A stretch of 59,600 bases of DNA, taken from assembly GCA_943359345.1 (NCBI GenBank), contig CALRHE010000004.1:1-59600 (forward strand), read 5' to 3'. Below are positions 47,793 to 57,270 of the stretch, in pieces; position 1 is the stretch's first letter; every line of letters starts with the position of its first letter. The position numbers and the translations under genes were made by a program. Origin of the DNA: Candidatus Uhrbacteria bacterium. Lineage in GTDB: Bacteria > Patescibacteriota > Patescibacteriia > UBA9934. A model generated the notes under the pieces. That model saw only the letters and a list, made by a program, of their open reading frames with translations. It was not told the origin of the DNA and did not search any database.

Positions 47793-48218
47793 ATGGCTGA
47801 GATAAAAACAAAAGTTACAAAGGCGAGCGTGAAGGACTTTATCGCCAGCGTCCCCGATGAGACCAAACGAAAAGATAGTCTGGTATTGTTAAGGCTGTTT
47901 GAGAGGATCACGGGTGAGCAAGCCAAAATGTGGGGCAACGCCATGATTGGATTTGGTTTGTACCATTACCAGTCTGAACGCAGCACCCAAAAAGGCGACT
48001 GGCCACTGACCGCCTTTTCTCCGCGCAAGCAGAATCTCACTCTCTACGTCATGCCTGGATTCAGTGATCTCATCGACCTCCTCAAGAACCTAGGCAAATA
48101 TAAACTCAGTGGCGGTAGTTGTCTTTACATTAAAAAGCTCAGCGACGTCGATATGAAAGTCCTCGAGCAGATTATTAAAAAGTCGTTCCTGGAGATGAAG
48201 AAGCGACACAAAGTTTAG
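47793..48218 (+). CDS. DUF1801 (YdhG-like) protein
   Basis: MWGNAMIGFG.YHY, FSPRKQNLTLY, LGKYK..GSCLYIKKL.D. Confidence 0.88.
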   Translation: MAEIKTKVTKASVKDFIASVPDETKRKDSLVLLRLFERITGEQAKMWGNAMIGFGLYHYQSERSTQKGDWPLTAFSPRKQNLTLYVMPGFSDLIDLLKNLGKYKLSGGSCLYIKKLSDVDMKVLEQIIKKSFLEMKKRHKV

Positions 48219-48505
48219 GCAATTTTGGCCTCAAACTTTATTACGCGTTGATCGAGACTCTCAATTTGGGGCAAAATTCGTTCATCAATGAAAGCGATAA
48301 TTTTTTCTTTGTTCTTGTCAGCCTTGGCATCAACGCGGTGCTCCATAGCTTTCATTTCTTGTCTCAGTAAATCCTGTGTATACTGAGACGAATCCTGCAC
48401 AGCTTGCAAGATCTTTTCCTGTATGACATTCAACGTCTTCATCTGTTGCAGTGTAAAATCGTCCATACATAATAAAATTGTATCCAACACTTGAGTATCA
48501 AACAT
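48215..48505 (-). CDS. Hypothetical coiled-coil protein
   Basis: 96-aa heptad-rich ORF in a run of minus-strand genes. Confidence 0.6.
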   Translation of the reverse strand: MFDTQVLDTILLCMDDFTLQQMKTLNVIQEKILQAVQDSSQYTQDLLRQEMKAMEHRVDAKADKNKEKIIAFIDERILPQIESLDQRVIKFEAKIA

Positions 48506-48511
48506 GCGAGC

Positions 48512-48832
48512 TTATCCCCTACTCTTAGTTTTTCGTTGCCGCTTCATTATCGCCTGCACCGACGGGCTGATTTTCTTGTCTGAGCGATGCGTACACCCAA
48601 GCCAACAACACGGCCGACGTTTCCCCATCTTCAGTTCTGCGATCGCCCGCATAACGTGCTGATGTCTAGTTTCGGCCTTCTTCACAAAAGTCACCCAACA
48701 AATCCACTCGTTGCGCGCGAGTGGCGTCAGACTTTCCCAAGCCACTAGAGCAGCCTCATCGGAAACAAGTGCTTGTCGTAAATCCGATGACATCGAATGC
48801 GCCGTACCGCTAGAGATAACTTTTGAGGTCAT
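48512..48832 (-). CDS. YdeI/OmpD-associated (OmdA) family protein
   Basis: [38 protein letters not shown]. Confidence 0.85.
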   Translation of the reverse strand: MTSKVISSGTAHSMSSDLRQALVSDEAALVAWESLTPLARNEWICWVTFVKKAETRHQHVMRAIAELKMGKRRPCCWLGCTHRSDKKISPSVQAIMKRQRKTKSRG

Positions 48833-49182
48833 ACTTTTCGTAAAATCTTTTCCATCGCCCTCCCCTTAGCCAATTCGTCGATCAGTTTATCGAGACAACG
48901 AATCTCGCGCATTGTCGGTTCTTTGATATCTTCGATACGAACGCCACAGATAACGCCGGTAATCGACTTACGCAAGGGATTAAGCCGGGGAGCTTTCATC
49001 AAAAAGGTTTCAAGATCCGTGCCTTTCTTGAGTTGGGCCACTAACCCCTTTTGGGTATACCCCGTCAACCAACGAATAGCTCCATCAACCTCCGCCTTGA
49101 TTCGGCCTTTTCTCTCGACCTTGCTGATATACAAAGGATAGATGCTCGCAAAACTCATAGTGTAGATGCGATGTTTGAGCAT
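48829..49182 (-). CDS. DUF2200-family protein
   Basis: [55 protein letters not shown]. Confidence 0.9.
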   Translation of the reverse strand: MLKHRIYTMSFASIYPLYISKVERKGRIKAEVDGAIRWLTGYTQKGLVAQLKKGTDLETFLMKAPRLNPLRKSITGVICGVRIEDIKEPTMREIRCLDKLIDELAKGRAMEKILRKV

Positions 49183-49266
49183 ACTCAGTAGTCTAGTCTA
49201 AAACAAAACCCCTCACCTTGTCATTTTTTATAGTCCTTGATACTATTTCCGCGTTAAACAACCTAT

Positions 49267-49341
49267 TCCGGGGTAGCTCAGTGGCAGAGCGCGGGACTGT
49301 TAATCCCTAGGTCGTGGGTTCGAGCCCCACCCCCGGAGCCA
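49267..49341 (+). tRNA. tRNA-Asn(GTT), CCA encoded
   Basis: TCCGGGG/CCCCGGA acceptor stem, CGGGA-CTGTTAA-TCCCT anticodon arm, GGTTCGAGCCC T arm. Confidence 0.95.
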
Positions 49342-49455
49342 ACAACATCTCCCTGTATTTGAGGGAGATTTTGTTATACTGTGGAAGACAATCCCCATCT
49401 AATGCAACAAAGTGATAGCCTTGTCCTTTGGGACAGCTAAAACGGTCTCTGAATT

Positions 49456-50463
49456 ATGTCTGAATATAAACCCGCATCGTTAGAAGTGATGCCCGCCGAG
49501 GTTATTGTGTCTCGTGAGGCAGGCGAAAAGCGCCCGGATGCGGAACGAGTCGAGGAGCCGCCGTCTGAAACGACAGAGAGTTTGGGTCAAAAAATTTTGG
49601 AGATCGAAAAAAAAGCCGACATGTATCTGGGGTCGATCGAAGCAACCGAAATAGGTCTCAACGAGGCTCGAACAAAACTAGGCTTACCCGAACGCTCCGA
49701 GACGCCATTCAGCATTGCCACCGCACAAGCCGCGCTTCTGAAGTTGGAGGAATCAAGAAATATATTGGTTGACAGAGACATGACGATTCGTGGAAGTGAA
49801 ACGCCACCGCAGAGCGTCGAGCAGCACGAAAACGAAAAAGCGGTTGAACGCATCCAACCCGACGCGTTCCTTCAGAATCTTGCGTCTAGACTCTCAGCAG
49901 AAACAGGCAAGGATGGAGCGATTGTGTTGGACTACCTGCTACACGGGGCGCGGTCGCCGGAGACGGCGGGCATCGTGACGGAGGTTGATCAAGAGCTGAA
50001 AAAAAATGGGATCGAGATGGTTCATATCTATCAAGGGTTGACGATGGAGTCCGGGGATACGGATCGATTTTTTGTGACGAATAAAATCAACGGATGCGTT
50101 GCGACGGTCGTCGATACCGCGTACGCGGACGGACGCAGAGGTGTGAGTTTTACGCACTTTCCGGAATTTATGAGCAGGCGGAACGTGGATGCGTATCGGT
50201 CGGCGGCAAAAGAGGCCGGGGTCAGCCGGTCGCTTCTCATGATGGACGCGCGTCGGACAGGGAAAGAGGGGGCGTTGCGTGCTGGCCTGACAGAGGCTTT
50301 CGGAGAAACACAAACAGATCGCGTTTTTTACGACACAAGCGAAACCACGAAACCAGATTATGGTGTCGTACTCGTAAAGGTCACCGCAGACAAGAAGGAA
50401 CCGTTCTCATTTCACACCTGGGCGAAAAGTGGCGCTATACCTGTCCCACTGCGTATTCAATAA
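49456..50463 (+). CDS. Hypothetical protein: acidic/coiled N-terminus plus a possible CNF1/CheD/YfiH-like Cys-His domain
   Basis: 335 aa; FVTNKINGCVATVV...SFTHFP; sole gene between the two cggagcca repeats. Confidence 0.7.
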   Translation: MSEYKPASLEVMPAEVIVSREAGEKRPDAERVEEPPSETTESLGQKILEIEKKADMYLGSIEATEIGLNEARTKLGLPERSETPFSIATAQAALLKLEESRNILVDRDMTIRGSETPPQSVEQHENEKAVERIQPDAFLQNLASRLSAETGKDGAIVLDYLLHGARSPETAGIVTEVDQELKKNGIEMVHIYQGLTMESGDTDRFFVTNKINGCVATVVDTAYADGRRGVSFTHFPEFMSRRNVDAYRSAAKEAGVSRSLLMMDARRTGKEGALRAGLTEAFGETQTDRVFYDTSETTKPDYGVVLVKVTADKKEPFSFHTWAKSGAIPVPLRIQ

Positions 50464-51309
50464 TCGTCCCCGGACACTTTCTGCTCCTGTGAGCTTCGGG
50501 ATACTGTTGTACCTCTGATAGTTTTGGATTGCGGTTCTAACATCGTTCACGACGCGGAGCCAAGATGGACGGTCTGCAGAAATGCCGACCGTCTTTCTTT
50601 GTTCATCAGCAAAGTTAAGTACTAAATCAAAAGGCTTTTTGAGATCAAAGACCAGTTCTTTACCTGCTACCGTTGGGTTCTGAACAAGGAAATTTATAAA
50701 TGCTCGCTTTTCGTGAGTTTCAGAACTATCAAAAATATCCTTTGCACGACGAGCTACGGAAAGTACTGTAGCCACGGTTGTTTGGTAATCGTAATCAGCT
50801 TTTGAATGTTCTGCTAACTCAAGGTTGAGAGTCTGGAGTCTGTCCATGATCTCCTGCAACTTTTTGTCATAGTCTGCCTTAGTAATCCCCACAGCCGAGT
50901 ACATGAAGCCACTATACAGGGGCACCCCAGCGATTTTGAAAAAGGCCGCTTCAGGATAACTCCACGACCCAATTCCCGGCGAGGTCTTGAACAGCTCAAG
51001 ACAAAATCCGATCAGGTGAAAGAGCATAATAACTTTGACCTCGTCTTTGGTTTCTAGCTTGAGTAAAACCAGAATGGCCTGAATAGCAATCGCGGCCAAG
51101 AATATGAAGTCATAGCGGGCTAGGCCGAACAGTGGGATGTAATTTGAAAGAATCAGCACCCCAAAGAAACTACCCACAAACACACAAGCACGGACCTGTT
51201 TTAGGCCAAAAACCAAGAATTCATGGAAATCAGCCTTGAAGCGAGCTCTAAAGTAGGTCATATAGCTAAAACTCGGATGAGTATACCGGTAACAGCTTGA
51301 CTGAAGCAA
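50407..51309 (-). pseudogene. Chimeric ORF: DUF817 N-terminal half fused in frame to the C-terminal remnant of a large serine-recombinase-like protein
   Basis: DUF817-like up to PLYSGFMYSAVG, then ITKADYDKKLQE...EKRAFINFLVQNPTV...WLRVVNDVRT; junction near 50887. Confidence 0.7.
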
Positions 51310-51354
51310 GAAATTCCGGTATATTTCGCCCGATTTTGCTTACTCAATGAATTT

Positions 51355-53166
51355 GTGGAATTTCGCAATATTGCCATCATCGCTCACGTTGACCACGGCA
51401 AGACTACGCTCGTGGACGCCATGCTGAAACAGTCTGGCACTTTTAATGACCGCGAAGTCATTGAAAACTGCGTCATGGACAGCAACGAACTCGAGCGCGA
51501 GCGCGGCATTACCATCTACGCCAAAAACACCGCTATCACCGTTGATGGGGTTAAGATCAACATCGTGGACACCCCTGGTCACGCTGACTTTGGTTCAGAG
51601 GTTGAACGCGTGTTGCGGATGGTCGACTCTGTGCTCTTGCTAGTGGATGCTTACGAAGGTCCGATGCCGCAAACCAAGTTTGTACTCCGCAAGTCATTGG
51701 CACTGGGCCTGAAACCAATCGTGGTCATCAACAAGATCGACAAACCCACTGCTCGTCCTGACGCCGTGCTTAACATGGTCTTCGATTTGTTCGTCGAGCT
51801 CGGGGCTAAAGATGACCAGTTGGATTTCAAATATATTTATGCCATCGGTCGTGACGGTGTGGCTAAGGCCAGCCTAACTGACGATAGCAAAGACTTGCGC
51901 CCACTCTTTGACTTGATCCTAAAGTCTGTTCCGCCAGCCCCAAGCGACACTTCAAAACCCATGCGTCTACAGGTAGCTAACTTGAAATACGATAACTATG
52001 TTGGTCGTATCGGTGTTGGTCGCGTGGTGGAAGGTATCGTTAAGGCCGGAATGACGGCTACTGTAGTTAAGGTTGATGGTACTCGCTACGCCGGCAAAGT
52101 CACGAAACTTTACACTCACCAAGGTCTGAACAAAATCGAGGTGACTGAAGCGGTTGCTGGTGACATAGTCCAGGTGGCTGGTTTCCCGGAAATTTACGTG
52201 GGTGAGACCATCGCTGAGCTGGCTGATGCCGAAGCCCTCCCTACGCTCGCTATCGACGAACCAACCCTAACCATGAACTTCATGCCCAACTCGTCTCCGT
52301 TTGCGGGACGTGAAGGTTCATTAGTTACCTCTCGTCAAATCCGTGAACGCCTGGAGCGCGAGCTTGAGGTGAACGTTGGTTTGCAAGTCGACTTCCCTAC
52401 CAACGATGGTGAATTCAAAGTCTCAGGCCGAGGTGAAATGCACCTAGCGGTTTTGATCGAACAAATGCGCCGCGAAGGTTTTGAATTACAAGTCAGCCAG
52501 CCTCAAGTCATCATGAAGACTGAAAACGGTCAGTTGATGGAGCCTATGGAATCTGTCGTTATCGACGTTCCGGATGAATTCGCAGGCACGGTCATTGAAA
52601 AACTTGGTCGCCGTAAAGGTGACATGACCAACATGACTACCGAAAACGGTTCAACCCGTTTGGAGTACTCTATGCCCACCCGCGGTATTCTTGGTTTCCG
52701 CACAGAGTTCATGACAGATACCAAGGGCGAAGGTACTTTTTCCCACATCTTCGCGAGCTACGCCCCACACAAAGGTGAAATCAACCGCCGCAGCAATGGC
52801 TCGATTATCTCCGGTGACCAAGGCAAGACCACGCCGTACGCCTTGGCCATGGTTCAAGAACGCGGTCCGCTGTTTATAGCCCCGGGCACTGAAATTTACG
52901 AGGGCATGGTGATTGGCGCCAGCATGAAAGAAACCATGACCGTCAACGCCATCCGAGAAAAGAAACTCACTAACATGCGCGCTTCAAGTGCTGATCACAT
53001 TGTGGTGATTACTCCAGCTATAGACATGAACCTAGAACGCGCACTCGAATACATTGATAGCGATGAATACGTTGAAGTCACGCCGCAAAACGTACGTATC
53101 CGTAAAAAGTATCTGACAGAAAATGAGCGCAAACGCGCGGATCGATCTACTCCCAACGATGTCTAA
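51355..53166 (+). CDS. typA: Translational GTPase TypA/BipA
   Basis: AHVDHGKTTLVD, ERERGITI, DTPGHADFG, SGRGEMHL, EVTP.NVRIRK. Confidence 0.98.
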   Translation: MEFRNIAIIAHVDHGKTTLVDAMLKQSGTFNDREVIENCVMDSNELERERGITIYAKNTAITVDGVKINIVDTPGHADFGSEVERVLRMVDSVLLLVDAYEGPMPQTKFVLRKSLALGLKPIVVINKIDKPTARPDAVLNMVFDLFVELGAKDDQLDFKYIYAIGRDGVAKASLTDDSKDLRPLFDLILKSVPPAPSDTSKPMRLQVANLKYDNYVGRIGVGRVVEGIVKAGMTATVVKVDGTRYAGKVTKLYTHQGLNKIEVTEAVAGDIVQVAGFPEIYVGETIAELADAEALPTLAIDEPTLTMNFMPNSSPFAGREGSLVTSRQIRERLERELEVNVGLQVDFPTNDGEFKVSGRGEMHLAVLIEQMRREGFELQVSQPQVIMKTENGQLMEPMESVVIDVPDEFAGTVIEKLGRRKGDMTNMTTENGSTRLEYSMPTRGILGFRTEFMTDTKGEGTFSHIFASYAPHKGEINRRSNGSIISGDQGKTTPYALAMVQERGPLFIAPGTEIYEGMVIGASMKETMTVNAIREKKLTNMRASSADHIVVITPAIDMNLERALEYIDSDEYVEVTPQNVRIRKKYLTENERKRADRSTPNDV

Positions 53167-53188
53167 AACAAGTACTCACCTTCTGATC

Positions 53189-53313
53189 AACACAGATTAG
53201 CGAATCGATGACGACAGATTAAACACAGATATGAAAAACGAGCCTAGCAGCTCGTTTTTCGTTTATTCACAATCTGTGTAAAATCTGTAATTGTTCTTGA
53301 CTAAATCTGTGTT
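53189..53313. repeat. Nested imperfect palindrome (acacagat units) around a bidirectional terminator
   Basis: (a)acacagat/acagatt x3, then gaaaaacgagc-ctagca-gctcgtttttc (53233-53260), then aatctgt(gt) x3. Confidence 0.75.
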
Positions 53314-53376
53314 AATAAAAATACGAAGTATTGATATAAAATAAAATGTTGGATCCGGTTCACTAATCTGTGTTGT

Positions 53377-53553
53377 TCAACTGCGTAACTTCCAGAGAAG
53401 GCGTATCCCATAGATAGCCAAGACAATTGTGACGAGACCGAGTAAGACCGGAGTGCGGCCAGCTCGAGCTAGGAAAATCACGATCACGAGCAGCGTCAAA
53501 GCCGCCGTGAGCGCAGCCAACGCCCTCCCCTTCATGGCTTGCGTATTCATCAT
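53377..53553 (-). CDS. Small two-TM membrane protein (58 aa, below the ORF-track cutoff)
   Basis: Manual translation MMNTQAMKGRALAALTAALTLLVIVIFLARAGRTPVLLGLVTIVLAIYGIRLLWKLRS, 11 nt downstream of rpoD. Confidence 0.6.
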   Translation of the reverse strand: MMNTQAMKGRALAALTAALTLLVIVIFLARAGRTPVLLGLVTIVLAIYGIRLLWKLRS

Positions 53554-53564
53554 AGCAACAAGCT

Positions 53565-54779
53565 TTAATAATCGCGTAACTTTTGAATAATATCCTTCTG
53601 CTGAATCTTCTCCAATGCCTTGGCTTCAATTTGTCGGATGCGCTCGCGGGTCACGTCAAACTCACGACCGACCTCTTCCAGAGTATGCGAGACCCCGTCC
53701 TCTAGTCCGAAGCGCATTTCCAGAATCTTTTGCTCGCGTGGGGTTAGGTCGCGCATGGCCTCGTGCACATAATCCTTAAGCAACTGCCTAGCGGCGGCTT
53801 TATCTGGTGGCAGGTTCTTCACGTCCTCAATAAAATCTTCAAGCTTAGAATCATCATCATCATCACCAACCGAGGTGTCTAGTGAAACCGTCTCCTGTGA
53901 GATTTTCTGGATGTGCTGGACCTTTTCAAGCGGCATGTCCATTTCAGCCGCCAACTCCTCAAGTAAGGGTTCACGACCCAGGTCTTGGATGAGGCGGCGC
54001 TCCACCTGTTTGAAGCGGTTGATGGTTTCCACCATGTGAACCGGGATACGAATGGTGCGGGATTGATCGGCTAAGGCGCGAGTGATAGCCTGACGAATCC
54101 ACCAGGTGGCGTAGGTTGAAAACTTAAAGCCTTTACGATACTCGAATTTCTTAACGGCGCGGAACAAGCCCACGTTGCCCTCTTGAATCAAATCCAGGAG
54201 TGACAATTGTTTACCCACGAATTTCTTGGCAATTGAAACTACCAGACGCAGGTTAGCCTCTATCAAACGACGCTCAGCTTCTTTATCGTTACGCTCTTTC
54301 CTACGCGCTAGGGCTACTTCTTCTTCGGCGTTCAAAAGTGGGATCTTTCCGATCTCGCGCAGGTACATTTGGATGCTGTCTTGAGTTAACTCTGTAGACA
54401 CCGAGGTATCTGCTTTTTTGTCGATCGTAATGCGCAACTTGCCATACACATCATCACGCGATTTGCTGCCGCCTAGAAAACCCTCTTTCATCTCCACGAA
54501 ATGCAATCCCTTGCGCTCCAAGCGATTTAAAAATTCTTCAAACATTGGAATGTGATCCTCCACGTAACCAAAAACAAAGATAACTTCGTTTTCAGTAACG
54601 AAGCCCCGTGACATACCGCGCTCAATCATGCGGTTAAGAGCCTCCTCAGTTGGTGGCGGACTCTTTTTGTCCACCACTAGTTTGGGCTGAGGCTTCTTAG
54701 GCTGAATTTTTTTATGAACTACCTTGGTAGCTGTCTTTTTGTGTACAGACTTGGCTGGTTTTTTTAAAGGCTTCTTCAT
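53565..54779 (-). CDS. rpoD: Primary RNA polymerase sigma70 factor
   Basis: [55 protein letters not shown]; Lys-rich N-terminus. Confidence 0.97.
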   Translation of the reverse strand: MKKPLKKPAKSVHKKTATKVVHKKIQPKKPQPKLVVDKKSPPPTEEALNRMIERGMSRGFVTENEVIFVFGYVEDHIPMFEEFLNRLERKGLHFVEMKEGFLGGSKSRDDVYGKLRITIDKKADTSVSTELTQDSIQMYLREIGKIPLLNAEEEVALARRKERNDKEAERRLIEANLRLVVSIAKKFVGKQLSLLDLIQEGNVGLFRAVKKFEYRKGFKFSTYATWWIRQAITRALADQSRTIRIPVHMVETINRFKQVERRLIQDLGREPLLEELAAEMDMPLEKVQHIQKISQETVSLDTSVGDDDDDSKLEDFIEDVKNLPPDKAAARQLLKDYVHEAMRDLTPREQKILEMRFGLEDGVSHTLEEVGREFDVTRERIRQIEAKALEKIQQKDIIQKLRDY

Positions 54780-54816
54780 AATGACCCCCCGCTCCTAATC
54801 ATCAAATTAAAAATGA

Positions 54817-56676
54817 CTAGGGGGCGGGGCGTGAGATGAGCTTGGAATATTCAGCTAAGAGCTCCGTCAAACGTGACGACTCGCCACCAATTTCTGCGTG
54901 GCGGATTGCTGCTTCCAAGTCTTTACGCCTCTTCATGAGTTGCGCCGAGGCAAACAGCGCTAAATGGTTTTCAACCTCGTGTTGTACCTGGATTGGCGTC
55001 AGACCGGCCAGGATCTCGTCGCTGCGGAGAGCTATGGCATCAAGCGTTTGCACACTTTGAGGCTGTTGCTGTCCTTCGAGATAGGCCCGTAGACGCGAAA
55101 AAAGACTTTGGGGAGGTACGGAGGTTGGTATTTGTGGAGCAGTGTAAACGATGTCTAAGGCTATGTAAAGCGACTTCCATGGTTCTGTTAAACTTTCTTT
55201 AGGAACATTGGCCAAAATTGCTTGCGTGTAGGGCTCATAACGTAAAGCTGCGCCTAGCAAAAGCTCGGCGGCCTGAAGCTCAGGGGTTGAAGAGGTTGAG
55301 GGAGTTAAGGTAGTTGATGGGGTTGAAGGGGTTGAGGGAGTTAATCTTTTATCTTTTATCTTCAGTTCATCAACCATAGCCTGCAAGACATCTGTGCCTA
55401 CATGCGTGGCGTCGGCAATCCGGAGTAAATACAAATGTCGCTCGTCTGGCCGTTGCACGCGTGCCACGTGTGGTAAGAGCTCGTCAATTAAACGTCGGCG
55501 AGCTTCAATACTCGTTGCCCCGCCTTGGTCTTCAAACATGCGGATGACTTTCTGGAAATAATATTCGATGACTGCTTGCGAGTCACTCGCGATCTTAACC
55601 CACTCACTCGGATCACGTTGCACAATCTCATCTGGATCTTTGCCTACGCCAGCCGGCACCACCAAACAGCGTACATCAAACTGCAGTGCGGGATCAGCGG
55701 CTTTGAGTTTAATGGCCAGCTCAACCACACGTTTAGCAGCCGCGAAACCAGCCGCGTCGTCATCAAGACAAAACACTAAACGCTTGGTATAGCGAGCCAA
55801 CGTCCGCAACTGTGTCTCAGTGAGAGCTGTGCCTGAACTACCGACGACATTCTCGATCTGCGCCTTGTGCGAAGCAATCACGTCAAGATTGCCTTCGACG
55901 ATAATGACCTCTCCGGTCTTGCGAATCCCAGTTTTAGCCAGATGCAAACCGTAGAGCATCGAGCCCTTGTGATAGATAGCTGTCTCTGGCGAGTTTACGT
56001 ATTTACCTTGATCAGCCGGTGCGCCCGGCATGACCCGGGCCGTAAAGCCGACGACAACGCCGGCAGCGTCGCACAGGGGGATCATCAAACGATTACGGAA
56101 ACGATCCACCAGCCCGCTACCTGACTTACGCTTAAGACCAAGACCGCTATCCAGAATGTCTTGTTCTGAAAAACCTTTCTTCGCAAGCAGGTTAACGAGC
56201 ACATCCCAATCATCCGGCGAAGCACCCAGCTGGAATTTATTCATCAGCTCGGGTCCAATATTTCTGGTCGCCACGTACTCGCGCACAACTTGTCCGTTTG
56301 GATACTCGCGTAAGCAAGTAGCGTAAAACTCAGCCGCCACCGCGTGAATCTTTTTCAAAACATCGCGCCTGTCTGTCTCCTGGGTTGGTCGATACTCAGG
56401 GAGCTCGACACCAGCCCTGGCTGCCAGGTGTTTCAAAGCTTCTGGGAAGGTCAAGCCCTCCATCTCCATAACAAACGAGAAGATGTCCCCACCCTTATCG
56501 CAGCCAAAGCACTTCCAAATCTGCCGTTCCCTGGAAACATGAAAAGACGGGGTCCGCTCAGCATGAAATGGGCAAATACCCTTCATTGAGCCACTCCCAG
56601 ATGGCTTTAAGGGGACGTATTCGCCAATCACCTCGGCCACGTCGAGTTTTAGTTTAATCTCGTCCTTAGCTTCCAT
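54817..56676 (-). CDS. dnaG: DNA primase
   Basis: CPFHAERTPSF, KCFGC, KYVNSPET, VEGNLDV, TOPRIM D.D.AG, KDPDE. Confidence 0.97.
   Translation of the reverse strand: MEAKDEIKLKLDVAEVIGEYVPLKPSGSGSMKGICPFHAERTPSFHVSRERQIWKCFGCDKGGDIFSFVMEMEGLTFPEALKHLAARAGVELPEYRPTQETDRRDVLKKIHAVAAEFYATCLREYPNGQVVREYVATRNIGPELMNKFQLGASPDDWDVLVNLLAKKGFSEQDILDSGLGLKRKSGSGLVDRFRNRLMIPLCDAAGVVVGFTARVMPGAPADQGKYVNSPETAIYHKGSMLYGLHLAKTGIRKTGEVIIVEGNLDVIASHKAQIENVVGSSGTALTETQLRTLARYTKRLVFCLDDDAAGFAAAKRVVELAIKLKAADPALQFDVRCLVVPAGVGKDPDEIVQRDPSEWVKIASDSQAVIEYYFQKVIRMFEDQGGATSIEARRRLIDELLPHVARVQRPDERHLYLLRIADATHVGTDVLQAMVDELKIKDKRLTPSTPSTPSTTLTPSTSSTPELQAAELLLGAALRYEPYTQAILANVPKESLTEPWKSLYIALDIVYTAPQIPTSVPPQSLFSRLRAYLEGQQQPQSVQTLDAIALRSDEILAGLTPIQVQHEVENHLALFASAQLMKRRKDLEAAIRHAEIGGESSRLTELLAEYSKLISRPAP
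55283..55345 (-). repeat. Seven in-frame 9-nt units inside dnaG encoding LTPSTPSTPSTTLTPSTSSTP
   Basis: ggggttgaa gaggttgag ggagttaag gtagttgat ggggttgaa ggggttgag ggagttaat. Confidence 0.85.
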
Positions 56677-56721
56677 GACAGCAGGCTACCGCAAAACCCA
56701 AGTTTGGAACAGTCTCCGCAA

Positions 56722-57270
56722 TCATCTCTGTTTAGCCTTAACTTTCACTTTAGTCTTGGCTTTAGCCTTAGCCGTGGACTTGGCTTGAACCTTAACCTTA
56801 ACTTTAGCGGCTCGTGCTTCTTTTTTAATTCGTTGATAGCGACCAGTAAGGGCTGCCGAAGCTAAAATATGCGGCTGCATGGCCGCCTCCAACACATGTC
56901 TGGGAGCGCCTTCGTGAACGTCTAGAAAACTATCGAGTGCAAAAATGGTAAAGCGATACTCATGCTCGCCGTAACCTGGACACGGACCCCCGTAACCCAC
57001 TTCGCTGAAGTCGGTCTCACCCTCTAGAGCTTTGTCCGGAACGCTATCTTCTTCAATGATTCGTAAACTCGGATCAATATTCCACACAGACCAATGCAAC
57101 CAATTGCCACTTGGCGAATCTGGATCATCAACCACTAAGGCCAAGCTCTTGGCCTCCTTAGGGACTCCGTCAAAACGTAATTCGGGATTAATGTCGTCGC
57201 CGTCGCAGGTGAAAAGTGAAGGGATTCGGTGACCGTTCGGAAAAGCAGGGCTCATGATGCGCATAAGCAC
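56722..57270 (-). CDS. YbhB/YbcL (PEBP, Raf kinase inhibitor-like) protein with a Lys/Ala tail
   Basis: FTCDG.DINP.L, LALVVDDPD.P, HW.VWNI, YGGPCP..G.HEY.F. Confidence 0.92.
   Translation of the reverse strand: MLMRIMSPAFPNGHRIPSLFTCDGDDINPELRFDGVPKEAKSLALVVDDPDSPSGNWLHWSVWNIDPSLRIIEEDSVPDKALEGETDFSEVGYGGPCPGYGEHEYRFTIFALDSFLDVHEGAPRHVLEAAMQPHILASAALTGRYQRIKKEARAAKVKVKVQAKSTAKAKAKTKVKVKAKQR

Noticed and set aside
53363-53629. 88-aa ORF from the track
   Set aside because: It overlaps rpoD and is not protein-like; the alternative frame 53377-53553 is far more plausible
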